A stretch of DNA of 32,000 nt from an uncultured Opitutales bacterium (GTDB lineage: Bacteria > Verrucomicrobiota > Verrucomicrobiia > Opitutales > Intestinicryptomonadaceae). How positions within the stretch are numbered: position 1 is the stretch's first letter; each line of letters begins with the position of its first letter. The notes beneath the pieces are model-generated. The model made no database searches, had not been told where the DNA came from, and saw only the letters and a list, made by a program, of their open reading frames with translations. Location: positions 60,001-92,000 of the forward strand of contig CAKUIA010000002.1 of NCBI GenBank assembly GCA_934660865.1. Direction: 5' to 3'. A program made the translations under genes and the position numbers. Of this stretch, positions 1 through 8,724 are shown piece after piece.

Positions 1-1208
1 ATGGTTTTTTTGCAAAGGTCGTAGGCCTTTTTAAGGTCTATACCCCTAATACCCTTGCAGTAGGCGTCCCACACAATGGAGGCGTAGTGGTTGCCGTTCA
101 TGCCGTGCATATCGCCGTAGATTTGCGGGAATGTGGGCATTCTGCCCGACTGTTCGCCCATCTTTATATACGAAAGCACCTTTTCGCGCTGCAATGCGGG
201 GTTTAAGATTGTAAAGAGGGGGTGCAAATTGCGGTAGGTATCCCACGACCAGTCGTCGCAATAAAAGTCTGAAGTTGTGTCGATGTGTATTTTGTTGTCG
301 TAGGCGCTGTAGTATTGGCCGTCTTCGCTGTAGTTCGCCATTCTTTCGTGGCATCTATAAAGCGAAGTGTAGAACATATTTTGCTCTTCGGTAGTGCCGC
401 CTTCTATCCGGATTTGGCCTAAGCAGTCTTCCCAAGTCTGTTTTGCCAGGGCAACTTGTTCGGCAAAACTCTTGCCGCGCATTTCCTTTTCGAAATTCTT
501 TTTTGCCTGTTCTTCGCTTATAAGCGAAATTGCGTATTTAACTTCGGTCTTCTTTACGCCCTTGTTGAATTTCACGTTCACGCTTTGGCCGTTGCCGTTC
601 TTTATAACCGCCGCCGATTTTACGTCTTTGCCCAATTCGGCGTAAACAAACACTTTTACCGAGCGTATGTTATTTTTAGGATTATCTCTATAAAAGAAGT
701 CGTAGCCACTAATTGTGCCGTCTTTTTGCGAAGCCGTTAGCTTGCCTCTTTGCGAAGTAATGTAAACGCCGTTTTCTTCGCCGTCGAATTTCAGCTCGAA
801 AATACCGCACTTTTTTGCGGGCGAAAACGAAAGCTCTACGCCGTTTTCCTGCAAATATACGTTGTATTTGTAGGGTTTAGACGTTTCGTTGTCGAACCAA
901 TAGTCGGTATTGGGGTTTTTCATATCGCCCGAATAGGGGGCAATTCTGAAAGTGCCGTCGCGCCTGTGTCCCAAGTATGCAAGGGGAAAACCCGAAATTC
1001 TTTCCGAGGTAAAACCGTCTCTGCGAATGGGGTAAAAGCGCACTTCGCCCTGGGGCAAATGCACCGTCTGGTAGGTGGGAACAAGCAAGTGGCTTATCCC
1101 GCCCGAATAAGAGCAAACCTTGTCGGCCAAACTTTCCCCGTTGGCGGCATAAGCCCCAAACGACATAAGCGCCGCCGACACCATCAATCCAATATATTTT
1201 ATATTCAT
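1..1208 (-). CDS. GH92-like glycoside hydrolase (alpha-mannosidase type), secreted. Start codon is in the window; the 3' end runs off the left edge.
   Basis: Absent from the ORF track because it is open to the window edge. My reverse-strand translation from ATG at 1208 gives MNIKYIGLMVSAALMSFGAYAANGE (signal peptide) and stays open to base 1. It contains DDWSWDTYRNLHPLFTILNP...MPTFPQIYGDMHGMNGNHYASIVWDAYCKGIRGIDLKKAY, matching the WDTYR..HPL and DAY.KGI core I recall for GH92. Confidence 0.7.
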   Translation of the reverse strand, partial: MNIKYIGLMVSAALMSFGAYAANGESLADKVCSYSGGISHLLVPTYQTVHLPQGEVRFYPIRRDGFTSERISGFPLAYLGHRRDGTFRIAPYSGDMKNPNTDYWFDNETSKPYKYNVYLQENGVELSFSPAKKCGIFELKFDGEENGVYITSQRGKLTASQKDGTISGYDFFYRDNPKNNIRSVKVFVYAELGKDVKSAAVIKNGNGQSVNVKFNKGVKKTEVKYAISLISEEQAKKNFEKEMRGKSFAEQVALAKQTWEDCLGQIRIEGGTTEEQNMFYTSLYRCHERMANYSEDGQYYSAYDNKIHIDTTSDFYCDDWSWDTYRNLHPLFTILNPALQREKVLSYIKMGEQSGRMPTFPQIYGDMHGMNGNHYASIVWDAYCKGIRGIDLKKAYDLCKKT

Positions 1209-1283
1209 ACTGCCCAAAAGCTATACATACAAAAAAAATATTTCGAGCAAAATTTTAAATTTTTTAATCGTTATATTTTTTCC

Positions 1284-1312
1284 TTGAAACGGTGCCCGTT
1301 CAAAAAGATAAT
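1284..1312 (+). promoter_or_regulatory. Candidate sigma70-type promoter for the 1370-5964 cluster, overlapped by an imperfect palindrome
   Basis: TTGAAA (1284-1289), 17-nt spacer, GATAAT (1307-1312), about 58 nt upstream of the ATG at 1370. The spacer carries TGAAACGGTGCCCGTTCA (AACGG/CCGTT arms), a possible operator. Confidence 0.35.
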
Positions 1313-1369
1313 ATCCTCATTACTAAAACCAAACATTTAAACAAAACACCAAAAATATCGGGAGGGATT

Positions 1370-1945
1370 ATGGACTACAAAAAAGCGTTTGCTTTGTTTG
1401 CATTTGTCGGGCTGTCGCTTTCGGCAAGTGCCGATTTTGCCGACTTCGGCGAAGAAAGAAAATGGCGTTCGTGCATTGGCGGCGACGAAATAGAGCTTAT
1501 AGAAGACTATTCAAAAAACATAGGCAGCGCATACAAGGTTTTGGCAAATTCGGCCCCCAAAATGTGGTATTTGGAAATAGGCCCGAAAAAAACGCCCGTT
1601 GTAGCCGACAATAAAGGCGAGCTAGACTCGCTTAAATTTAGCTTTTACATACTCTCTTCACAATCCGACTGCTTTTCTTCGGCAGCAATGCGCTTTACCG
1701 ACGCAAAGGGCGAAATGTTCCAGATAAGGTCTTCGGCGTTCCCCAAAGACGGACAATGGACTTTGGTTGAATTTACATTCCCCAAAAAGGGAAACATAGA
1801 ATCGTGGGGCAAAGACAAAGACGGCAAAATAGACTACCCGCTTTCTTTTCATTCGCTTGTTGTAGACTATTCAAGGCACAACCTTAACAAGCCCGAATTT
1901 TACATTGCAAAATTCAATATGCAAAAACAACCCGCAAAAAAATAA
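1370..1945 (+). CDS. Small secreted hypothetical protein (191 aa), possibly a beta-sandwich or CBM-like module
   Basis: ATG at 1370 follows GGGAGGG (1361-1367). N-terminus MDYKKAFALFAFVGLSLSASA looks like a signal peptide. The ORF-track start at 1292 is a GTG extension with no RBS. It lies 18 nt upstream of the first GH gene on the same strand. No family motif recognised. Confidence 0.6.
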   Translation: MDYKKAFALFAFVGLSLSASADFADFGEERKWRSCIGGDEIELIEDYSKNIGSAYKVLANSAPKMWYLEIGPKKTPVVADNKGELDSLKFSFYILSSQSDCFSSAAMRFTDAKGEMFQIRSSAFPKDGQWTLVEFTFPKKGNIESWGKDKDGKIDYPLSFHSLVVDYSRHNLNKPEFYIAKFNMQKQPAKK

Positions 1946-1963
1946 CATCTTTTTCAGCACACT

Positions 1964-4021
1964 ATGAAATCTAAAATTTTTATACAGACATTGGCGGCTT
2001 TTGCCTCGCTTTTTATCTTTGCGGGCTGCCAGCAAAAGGAAAAACAGCAAGCGCCCCAACAAAAGCCGGCAGAAACAAAAACGGTTCAGGCCCCCAAAAA
2101 GGCCGAAGCCGAAAACGAGCTTGGCAACCTAAAATTCCCCGAAAAATTCTATATGGGGGCAAATACGCACTTTGCGCAAAGAAAGGGCTATTTAAGCAAA
2201 TCGCTTTCGCTCTTAAAACAGGGTGGCTTTAACTCTTTAAGAGACGAGCTTTCGTGGGGCGGCACGGAACGGGAAAAAGGCGTATATAAAATGCCCGTTC
2301 ACACCCAAAACTACGTTGATGCAGCCTACGAAATGGGCATTGCCCCGCTTTGCGTTTTAGACTACGGCAACCGCCACTACCTAAACGGCGGCTACCCGCA
2401 AGACGACGAAAGCCGCAAGGGCTTTGCAAACTTTTCGGCTTTTATGGTAAAATCTTTCGGCGACAAAATTCCATTTTACCAGGTTTGGAACGAATGGGAC
2501 GGCGGCTGCGGAATGGGTAAATTCCGCGGCACACAAACTTCGGAAGGCTACGCCGCTTTGCTTAAAGAAACCTACAAAAAAATAAAGGAAACAAACCCCA
2601 ACGCCATAGTTGTTGCCAACAGCATCTGCTGCGGAGATAACTATTTCGACGAATATTTGGCAAAGGGCACAATTAAAGACTGCGACGTTTTGTCGATTCA
2701 CACCTACAACTATTCAAACAGGCACGGCACGGCCGAAAGCTGGTATTTCCGCATGATAGGGGTAGACGAAATCATTAAAAAACACAATGCGGGCAAATCG
2801 AAATATACCTTTGTAACCGAAATGGGATTTCCCAACCAGGTAAACTTTAACGGGTTTTCCGACTACTACAGAACCGCAAAGGAAAGCTGCAAAGTGTATT
2901 TGCTTGCAAGGTGTTTCCCGTGGCTTAAGGGGCTTTGGTGGTACGATTTCCAGGACGACGGCACCGACTATAAATATAACGAAGACAACTTCGGCCTTAT
3001 CAGAATGGACTTTACCCCCAAGCAGGCATACTTTGCTCTGAAAAGCATTGCCGACATTGTAACAAAGGGCGACTTTGTAGAAAAGGTGGAGTTCAAAAAA
3101 TTCCCGTCGGTTTGGATTCTTAAATTCAAACTTAACGGCGAAGACGTCTTTGCCATTTGGAATTCCGACGACAACAGCGAAGCCGTAGTTAAATTCAAAA
3201 ATTCGGCAAAAGACAAAAAGGCCATAAAAAGCTTTATTGCGGGCAGCCCCGAACGCACCCAAACTTGGGGCGGCCGCGACTGGCTAAAAGACCGCAACGC
3301 AAAAGCCGAAGCCGACATTCTCGAATTTACCGCAAGGGATATGCCGCTTATCCTAAAGGGCGATTTTTCGAAAGCCGAAATTGCGGACATAAAGCTAAAC
3401 CCGTTTAACGTTGCTTTAAGCGAGCTTTCAATGCCGCGCCACAAATATGTTGTGCGCAAAAACGCGGCGCAGTCGCTTGTAGAGGATATTTCCTTTAACC
3501 GCTTCGACAACCGCAAGACAAAGGAAACGCAGGACGAAATGTTCAAGAACCTTTCGGGCACCTTTTCGGCAAGCCACAACACAAAAGAGCTTACCCTTAA
3601 CATAGACATTACCGACGATGTTTTTGTTAAGGCAAAAAGCGAAAACAACTACAAGTGTTCCGACTACCTGCAGTTTGAATTTAAAAGCAAAGACCCCGAA
3701 ACGCTTGTGGAAAACAACGCGAAAATCTCCGTAATACATTTGGGCGGCAAAACCGTTGTTTTGGGGGTAAATTCGGAATATGTTTCGGCAAAAACCGAAG
3801 TTTTAGACGGCAAAAGAAAATATACAATAAGCTTTAGGCCCGAATTTTTCGGCATAAAAGGCTTTGAAAGCGGAACAACAATAGCGGGCTCATTCTTTGC
3901 GCACGACAGCGACGACGCCGCGATAAACAACCCCGAAAACGCCTTTATAAGATGGGGGCGCGGCGTAGGGCCTTTCGACGCGACAAACTCGAGCGGGTTT
4001 TATATGATGATTCTCGAATAA
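1964..4021 (+). CDS. Lipoprotein glycoside hydrolase, clan GH-A TIM-barrel type (GH5/GH39-like), with a C-terminal CBM9-like region; paralog 1
   Basis: Lipobox LFIFAGC followed by a Q/K/P-rich tether. Putative acid/base motif VWNEWDGGCGM and nucleophile motif FVTEMGF. C-terminal barrel motif WLKGLWWYDFQDDGTD...NFGLIRMDFTPKQAY. The last ~200 aa resemble CBM9-like sugar-binding domains (inference). Confidence 0.7.
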   Translation: MKSKIFIQTLAAFASLFIFAGCQQKEKQQAPQQKPAETKTVQAPKKAEAENELGNLKFPEKFYMGANTHFAQRKGYLSKSLSLLKQGGFNSLRDELSWGGTEREKGVYKMPVHTQNYVDAAYEMGIAPLCVLDYGNRHYLNGGYPQDDESRKGFANFSAFMVKSFGDKIPFYQVWNEWDGGCGMGKFRGTQTSEGYAALLKETYKKIKETNPNAIVVANSICCGDNYFDEYLAKGTIKDCDVLSIHTYNYSNRHGTAESWYFRMIGVDEIIKKHNAGKSKYTFVTEMGFPNQVNFNGFSDYYRTAKESCKVYLLARCFPWLKGLWWYDFQDDGTDYKYNEDNFGLIRMDFTPKQAYFALKSIADIVTKGDFVEKVEFKKFPSVWILKFKLNGEDVFAIWNSDDNSEAVVKFKNSAKDKKAIKSFIAGSPERTQTWGGRDWLKDRNAKAEADILEFTARDMPLILKGDFSKAEIADIKLNPFNVALSELSMPRHKYVVRKNAAQSLVEDISFNRFDNRKTKETQDEMFKNLSGTFSASHNTKELTLNIDITDDVFVKAKSENNYKCSDYLQFEFKSKDPETLVENNAKISVIHLGGKTVVLGVNSEYVSAKTEVLDGKRKYTISFRPEFFGIKGFESGTTIAGSFFAHDSDDAAINNPENAFIRWGRGVGPFDATNSSGFYMMILE

Positions 4022-4047
4022 CTTTAGCCTGAAGGATTTTATATATT

Positions 4048-5964
4048 ATGAAAAAATTTATATTAACTTTGTGCGCGCTGTCGGCTGCAACCGTGTTTGC
4101 CCAGCAGGACATTCAGCCGAAATTCTATGTGGGCACAAACACCCACTACGGGCAAAACAAGGGCTTTATTGAAAAGGGAATAGAATCCATGCAATTCGGC
4201 GGCGTAAACTCCATACGCGACGAATTCTACTGGGGCGTTGCCGAAAGGAAAAAGGGCGAGCTTGTTTTGGACGGGCGCTACGGCTACATAGGCGCGCTAA
4301 AAGACGCGGGCTTTAACCCCCTTATAATTTTAGACTACGGCAACCATAACTACGCAAACGGCGGCGGCTTCCCTCAAGACGACGAAAGCGTTAAGGCCTT
4401 TGCAAGGTTTTGCGGCTTTGCGGCAAAAAACCTGAAGGGCAAAGCTTCGTTCTTCCAAATCTGGAACGAATGGGACGGCGGCTGCGGCATGCCCGCAAAG
4501 TTTAAAGGCCAGCAAACATATGCTGGCTATGCAAAGCTTTTAAAGGCGTCGTATAAGGCAATAAAAGAGCAAGACAAAAACGTCAAGGTTGTAATAAACA
4601 GCATTTGCCGCGGCAACAAGGATTTCGAAGAAATGCTTAAGGCGGGAACTATGAACTACTGCGACATTCTCAGCCTGCACACCTACAACCACAGCGAAGG
4701 CAAGCTTCACCGCACGCCCGAAGCCTGGCATGACAGGCTTGCCAACAGGGTAGCCCCCATAATAAGGAAATACAATAATGGCAAAGACAAAGACCTGTTT
4801 GTAACCGAAATGGGCTTTACAACCCCCACAATTTGGCTGGGCTATTCGTACAACCAAAGCGCCGATTTTGCGGCAAGGCTTTACCTGCTAGCCCGCACAA
4901 TACCGTGGCTTAAGGGCATTTGGTGGTACGACTTCCAGGACGACGGCACCGACGAAAGCAACGCCGAAAACAACTTCGGAACGGTAAGGGCAAACTTTAC
5001 GCCGAAACCGTCGTACTACGCGATTGGCGGCGTATCCGACATTGCAAAATACGCCGACTTTGTAGGCAAAATAGACACGGGCAACCCCGACGTTTACATA
5101 CTTAAATACAAACTAGGCAACGAAGACGTTATTGCCATGTGGAACTGCAACGAAGACAAAATAGAAAGCGTGCGCTTTACCACAACCGAGCAAAACCCCA
5201 AAGACCTGACGGTATATTTGGCGGGTTCGCAAAAAATAAGCATGCCATTCGGCATAAGGCAGGGCTCTAAACTAATCCCGAACAAAATAGACTTTTCGCT
5301 CGGGCAAAGGCCCTTGATTGTAAGGGGCGACCTTTCGAAACTAAGCTACGAGAAAACCACAACATATCCTTTTGTAGAAAGCGAAAGGCAAAGGCCAACG
5401 GCTTTGCACATGCCGGCAGTGGCGGCCTTTGTAAAGGAAAACCCCGGCGATTCGCCAAGCTACAAGCTTATCGCCAAAAAGGGCGAAAAAAAGCCCGACA
5501 AAACCGATTTTTCGGCATCGTTTAAGGCGTGCTACAACAAGGATATGCTGGCATTGCAAATCACGGTAAAAGACCAAAAGGTTGAAATCAACAAAGACAT
5601 AAACAAGGGCGACAACGCAATGCTGTTTTTCTTTGTAGACAAGGAAAGCAAAACATTCGGCAAATCGACCTCGGTTAAAATTGCGCCCAACGGCAAATAC
5701 CGCTTTAGGGACAGGCAGTTTAACCAGGACGTTTCGGGCTTTTCCGTAAGCTGCAAAAAAATAGACGGCGGTTGCGTATACACCGTAAAGCTAAAACCCG
5801 AAACTTTGGGCTTGCTGGCTTTCGAAAAAGGCTTGGGCATAGGCTTTGCCATGAATATAACCGACTTCGACAACGGCAGCAAAAAATCCTCCCTGCACTT
5901 CGGGCAAAACTACTCGGAAAGCTACCACGCAAAAACGAAATTCAACATATTGTATTTAGACTAG
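4048..5964 (+). CDS. Secreted glycoside hydrolase, clan GH-A TIM-barrel type, with a C-terminal CBM9-like region; paralog 2
   Basis: GAAGGA RBS at 4031-4036. Signal peptide MKKFILTLCALSAATVFAQQ. Same motifs as paralog 1 (IWNEWDGGCGM, FVTEMGF, WLKGIWWYDFQDDGTD, NFGTVRANFTPKPSY). Colinear with paralog 1 at roughly half identity by eye. Confidence 0.7.
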   Translation: MKKFILTLCALSAATVFAQQDIQPKFYVGTNTHYGQNKGFIEKGIESMQFGGVNSIRDEFYWGVAERKKGELVLDGRYGYIGALKDAGFNPLIILDYGNHNYANGGGFPQDDESVKAFARFCGFAAKNLKGKASFFQIWNEWDGGCGMPAKFKGQQTYAGYAKLLKASYKAIKEQDKNVKVVINSICRGNKDFEEMLKAGTMNYCDILSLHTYNHSEGKLHRTPEAWHDRLANRVAPIIRKYNNGKDKDLFVTEMGFTTPTIWLGYSYNQSADFAARLYLLARTIPWLKGIWWYDFQDDGTDESNAENNFGTVRANFTPKPSYYAIGGVSDIAKYADFVGKIDTGNPDVYILKYKLGNEDVIAMWNCNEDKIESVRFTTTEQNPKDLTVYLAGSQKISMPFGIRQGSKLIPNKIDFSLGQRPLIVRGDLSKLSYEKTTTYPFVESERQRPTALHMPAVAAFVKENPGDSPSYKLIAKKGEKKPDKTDFSASFKACYNKDMLALQITVKDQKVEINKDINKGDNAMLFFFVDKESKTFGKSTSVKIAPNGKYRFRDRQFNQDVSGFSVSCKKIDGGCVYTVKLKPETLGLLAFEKGLGIGFAMNITDFDNGSKKSSLHFGQNYSESYHAKTKFNILYLD

Positions 5965-5990
5965 TTTTTCGACAAAACACCGGACACAAA

Positions 5991-6023
5991 AAAACCTTTC
6001 GGGAAACACCGAAAGGTTTTTTG
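5991..6023 (+). terminator. Rho-independent terminator after the GH cluster
   Basis: Perfect 12-bp stem AAAACCTTTCGG / CCGAAAGGTTTT with loop GAAACA, followed by a T-run. Lies 27 nt after the stop at 5964. Confidence 0.8.
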
Positions 6024-6051
6024 TTTTCCATTCAAAAATCCGAAAAAAGAA

Positions 6052-6078
6052 GGCCTGCGGCAAAAAACACCGCAGGCC
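6052..6078. terminator. Bidirectional hairpin terminator, serving the minus-strand sugar operon
   Basis: GGCCTGCGG / CCGCAGGCC 9-bp stem with T-rich flanks on both strands. Lies 45 nt downstream of the aldolase stop at 6123. Confidence 0.7.
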
Positions 6079-6122
6079 ATTTTTATTTAACCGAAAGCCG
6101 CAGCTTTCTTCACACCAAAAAA

Positions 6123-7106
6123 TTAACCGTAGCTTTGCAAAACCTTGTTGCTTAAGGCCAGGTCTTTTGCCAGCGAAACTTTGGGCTTTATGCCGGCCTT
6201 TTTCATTTTGTCGTGGTAAAGTTTAACGGCGTCTTTGGGGCTTAGCTCGCCGTCGGCAACCGCCCTTAAACATTCGATAAAATGCAGCGGCGATTGCGAA
6301 TTGTTTATCTTGCGCCCAAACAACGCCACTTTTGCGCCGTATTTTTGCGCGTCGTGCAGCAATGTAAAGGCGTCGAGCGTAGTGCCCGAGCTGCCGCCCA
6401 AAATGCCCACAATTAAACGGCTGTCGTAGTTGGCAAGTTCCTCCATTGCCTTTGGTCCGTTGTAGGCAATTTTAAGGAACAGCGGACGCTGCGCCTTTAC
6501 AACGCCCGCCAGGCACCTTGCAATGCAGTCGTTAACATAAAAGGGCATATCCTTTTCCTTAATGCCGTTTAGGGCATTGGGGTTAAACACCTCCAAAAAG
6601 TACCTAAACTTTTTGGCTTCGGCCTCTTCCCTAAAAGCCTTTAGTTTTGCAAGGGCTTCGTAGTCGTAGTCGAAGCGGTTGTTGAATGTAACCGAATACA
6701 GCGCCAAGTCGGCGCCCGCCTTTTTAATCGAGTCTATGCTTGCGCTTGAAAACGCTCTTGAAGGCTCTTTTGTGTAGCACGAATTGCGACAAACCCAAAT
6801 GTCGGTTGTGTCGTTGCCGCGGGCGGCGGGCGTAATTTTGCTGTTTTTAAACAAGCCCTCCTCCTTTGCAAGAATCTCCAAATTCGAAGCCGACATAAGC
6901 ATAATGTCTACAATGCCCTGCTTTACAACCCTGCGTATCTGCTCGCGGTAGGCGTCCATATTGCGCGGGGCGCCCGTAGTGCCGTCAAAGCCGCCGGAAT
7001 ATATGCCGTTTGCCATATCGGCGTCTTTTGCGTCGGCAATTATGAAGTTTTTTCGGCTAGTGTCGCCCTTTAATATTTTTGCTATTTTTAAGTCTAACGA
7101 TTTCAT
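6123..7106 (-). CDS. Putative class I (Schiff-base) aldolase, DeoC/LacD/YihT-like TIM barrel
   Basis: Motif pattern shared with LacD/YihT/FbaB-type aldolases: FLEVFNPN, PLFLKIAYNG (candidate Schiff-base Lys), GILGGSSG, VALFGRKIN. The start lies 2 nt after the kinase stop. Family call is from recalled motifs only. Confidence 0.55.
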   Translation of the reverse strand: MKSLDLKIAKILKGDTSRKNFIIADAKDADMANGIYSGGFDGTTGAPRNMDAYREQIRRVVKQGIVDIMLMSASNLEILAKEEGLFKNSKITPAARGNDTTDIWVCRNSCYTKEPSRAFSSASIDSIKKAGADLALYSVTFNNRFDYDYEALAKLKAFREEAEAKKFRYFLEVFNPNALNGIKEKDMPFYVNDCIARCLAGVVKAQRPLFLKIAYNGPKAMEELANYDSRLIVGILGGSSGTTLDAFTLLHDAQKYGAKVALFGRKINNSQSPLHFIECLRAVADGELSPKDAVKLYHDKMKKAGIKPKVSLAKDLALSNKVLQSYG

Positions 7107-7108
7107 TT

Positions 7109-8122
7109 TTAGAATTTTTCGTACCCGTAAATTTCGGGGAGTTTAAGACATTCGCGCCAGTCTACCATACCGTCGGAAGCCGCCGCGTTTGTAAGGCACT
7201 GCGTTGCGGCGCATACGCCCATTTTAAGACTATCGGCAATATTCCAGCCCTGGTGAACGCCAAAAAGAATGCCCGCATACATCGCGTCGCCCGCGCCCAC
7301 CGCGCCCTTTATAAGCTTGCGGGGGAAGTCTATGCTGGCGCACTTTGCCATATCCCCGTTTTGCCCGAAGGCGTATACACATTCGGGGAAATGCACTACC
7401 ATATACTTGTTTATGCCGCGGCTTAAAACAATGCCCGCACACTTTTTTAGCGCGCTTTCGTCCTTTATGTTCGAAATGTCTTCGGCGGCTTTGCCGACAA
7501 GCATTCTAAGCTCTATTTCGTTAAGCGAAAGATAGTCTAAATAAGGCAGCGAAGACTTTGTGGTTTTTTCGAAATCTATCTTTCTGCTCACAAGGTCGGC
7601 CGCGGTTATAAAGCCAAGCTCTTTTGCCTTTTTAAAGATTTTAGAATGCCCCGTTTCGCCGTTTTCGTCGATGGCGTCCATATTCTTGTGCAGGCCGAAA
7701 TAGCCCTCCAAAAATATTTTTGCGTTCGAATTTTCAAGCTTTATATGTTCGGGCGTTAGCAGGTCGTTGCTGGCGGGGTTGTGGAAAAATGTTCTGCGCC
7801 CCGTGCTTTGCACCGTCATTACATCGGTAAACGACGTCGAAGCCTCGTCGGAAAACATAAAAAGCGAAGTGTCTATGTTGTGGGCTTTGCAGTCGCTTTC
7901 TATAAACTTGCCGTCTACGTCGTTGCCGAGCAGGCCGCACCCCTGCAGGGGGGCCGGAAAGTTCATTTTCGACAAATCCTTAAGCACGTTATACGGCAGG
8001 CCGCCGTTGGCGGGCTTGCTCGACAAAACGGTGCACAAAGTGTCCTGCGCCGGCCATTCGTCTACCATTTTTATATGGTCTACAATCCATGTGCCGGCAC
8101 CCAAAATGCCGTTGCGTTCCAT
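7109..8122 (-). CDS. PfkB-family carbohydrate kinase
   Basis: N-terminal GAGTWIVDH and NGGLPYN. C-terminal PfkB signature GAVGAGDAMYAGILFG. Confidence 0.85.
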   Translation of the reverse strand: MERNGILGAGTWIVDHIKMVDEWPAQDTLCTVLSSKPANGGLPYNVLKDLSKMNFPAPLQGCGLLGNDVDGKFIESDCKAHNIDTSLFMFSDEASTSFTDVMTVQSTGRRTFFHNPASNDLLTPEHIKLENSNAKIFLEGYFGLHKNMDAIDENGETGHSKIFKKAKELGFITAADLVSRKIDFEKTTKSSLPYLDYLSLNEIELRMLVGKAAEDISNIKDESALKKCAGIVLSRGINKYMVVHFPECVYAFGQNGDMAKCASIDFPRKLIKGAVGAGDAMYAGILFGVHQGWNIADSLKMGVCAATQCLTNAAASDGMVDWRECLKLPEIYGYEKF

Positions 8123-8125
8123 AAA

Positions 8126-8683
8126 CTAAAGAAGCTTGAATTTTACGGGTTCGTCTTCCTCTACTTCGGGGAAACGCCCTATTTCGGGGTCCGTAAAGAA
8201 ATTGTCGTTTACGTCGTCGTTGGCGGTTGAAACTTCGCCGATAATGGTTTCTGGCTCTACGGGGGTAAATTCGTGGTAGATACCCTTTGTCAGCGTAATG
8301 CGGCTGCCCGCGGGAATTATCACGTCGGCACCGCTTACCAATTCGGTGGGCTTGCCGTTTATGTTAAGAACAACCATTTTTCCGTTTGTCTTTTCGGGGC
8401 AGTCCCATACCCTTACAAGGAATTTGCCGTGGCGGCAGATAATGTCTTCCTTCTTGAATTTGTGGCAGTGGCAGGGGGTATATTGCCCGCAGCGCGCGTA
8501 CATAAGCTTTTCGCAATATTCCTTTTCTTCGGCCAAATTTACGAGAACTAGCGCGTAGTTGTCCAAATCGTTTTTGCCGAAATCCGAAAAGTCCCACTTG
8601 GGAACGGGCGGGAGTGTCCAACCGTGTTTTTCGAATACGTCTTTCGCCTCTTGGCACATTTGGTTTATCAGAGATCTTTTCAT
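8126..8683 (-). CDS. Cupin-type D-lyxose/D-mannose family sugar isomerase
   Basis: MKRSLIN..., YCEKLMYARCGQYTPCHCHKFKKEDIICRHG and GEVSTANDDVNDNFF...EDEP align well with the E. coli O157 D-lyxose isomerase pattern I recall (YAEKIM..Q.TP.H.H..K.EDIINRGGG; GEVS..NDD..DN.F). Confidence 0.8.
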   Translation of the reverse strand: MKRSLINQMCQEAKDVFEKHGWTLPPVPKWDFSDFGKNDLDNYALVLVNLAEEKEYCEKLMYARCGQYTPCHCHKFKKEDIICRHGKFLVRVWDCPEKTNGKMVVLNINGKPTELVSGADVIIPAGSRITLTKGIYHEFTPVEPETIIGEVSTANDDVNDNFFTDPEIGRFPEVEEDEPVKFKLL

Positions 8684-8724
8684 TTAGTCAGCCTTTCTTT
8701 TGTTTTATAAATTGCCGAAAAAAA

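Noticed and set aside
750-1340. Long ORFs antisense to real genes. Examples: 750-1340(+), 2968-3648(-), 12844-13371(+), 20110-20613(+), 26559-27302(-), 29824-30447(+).
   Set aside because: Each lies fully inside a gene with strong family motifs on the other strand. Their translations are low-complexity (A/V/F/G/R-rich) with no motifs. They are shadow ORFs caused by codon bias, not overlapping genes.
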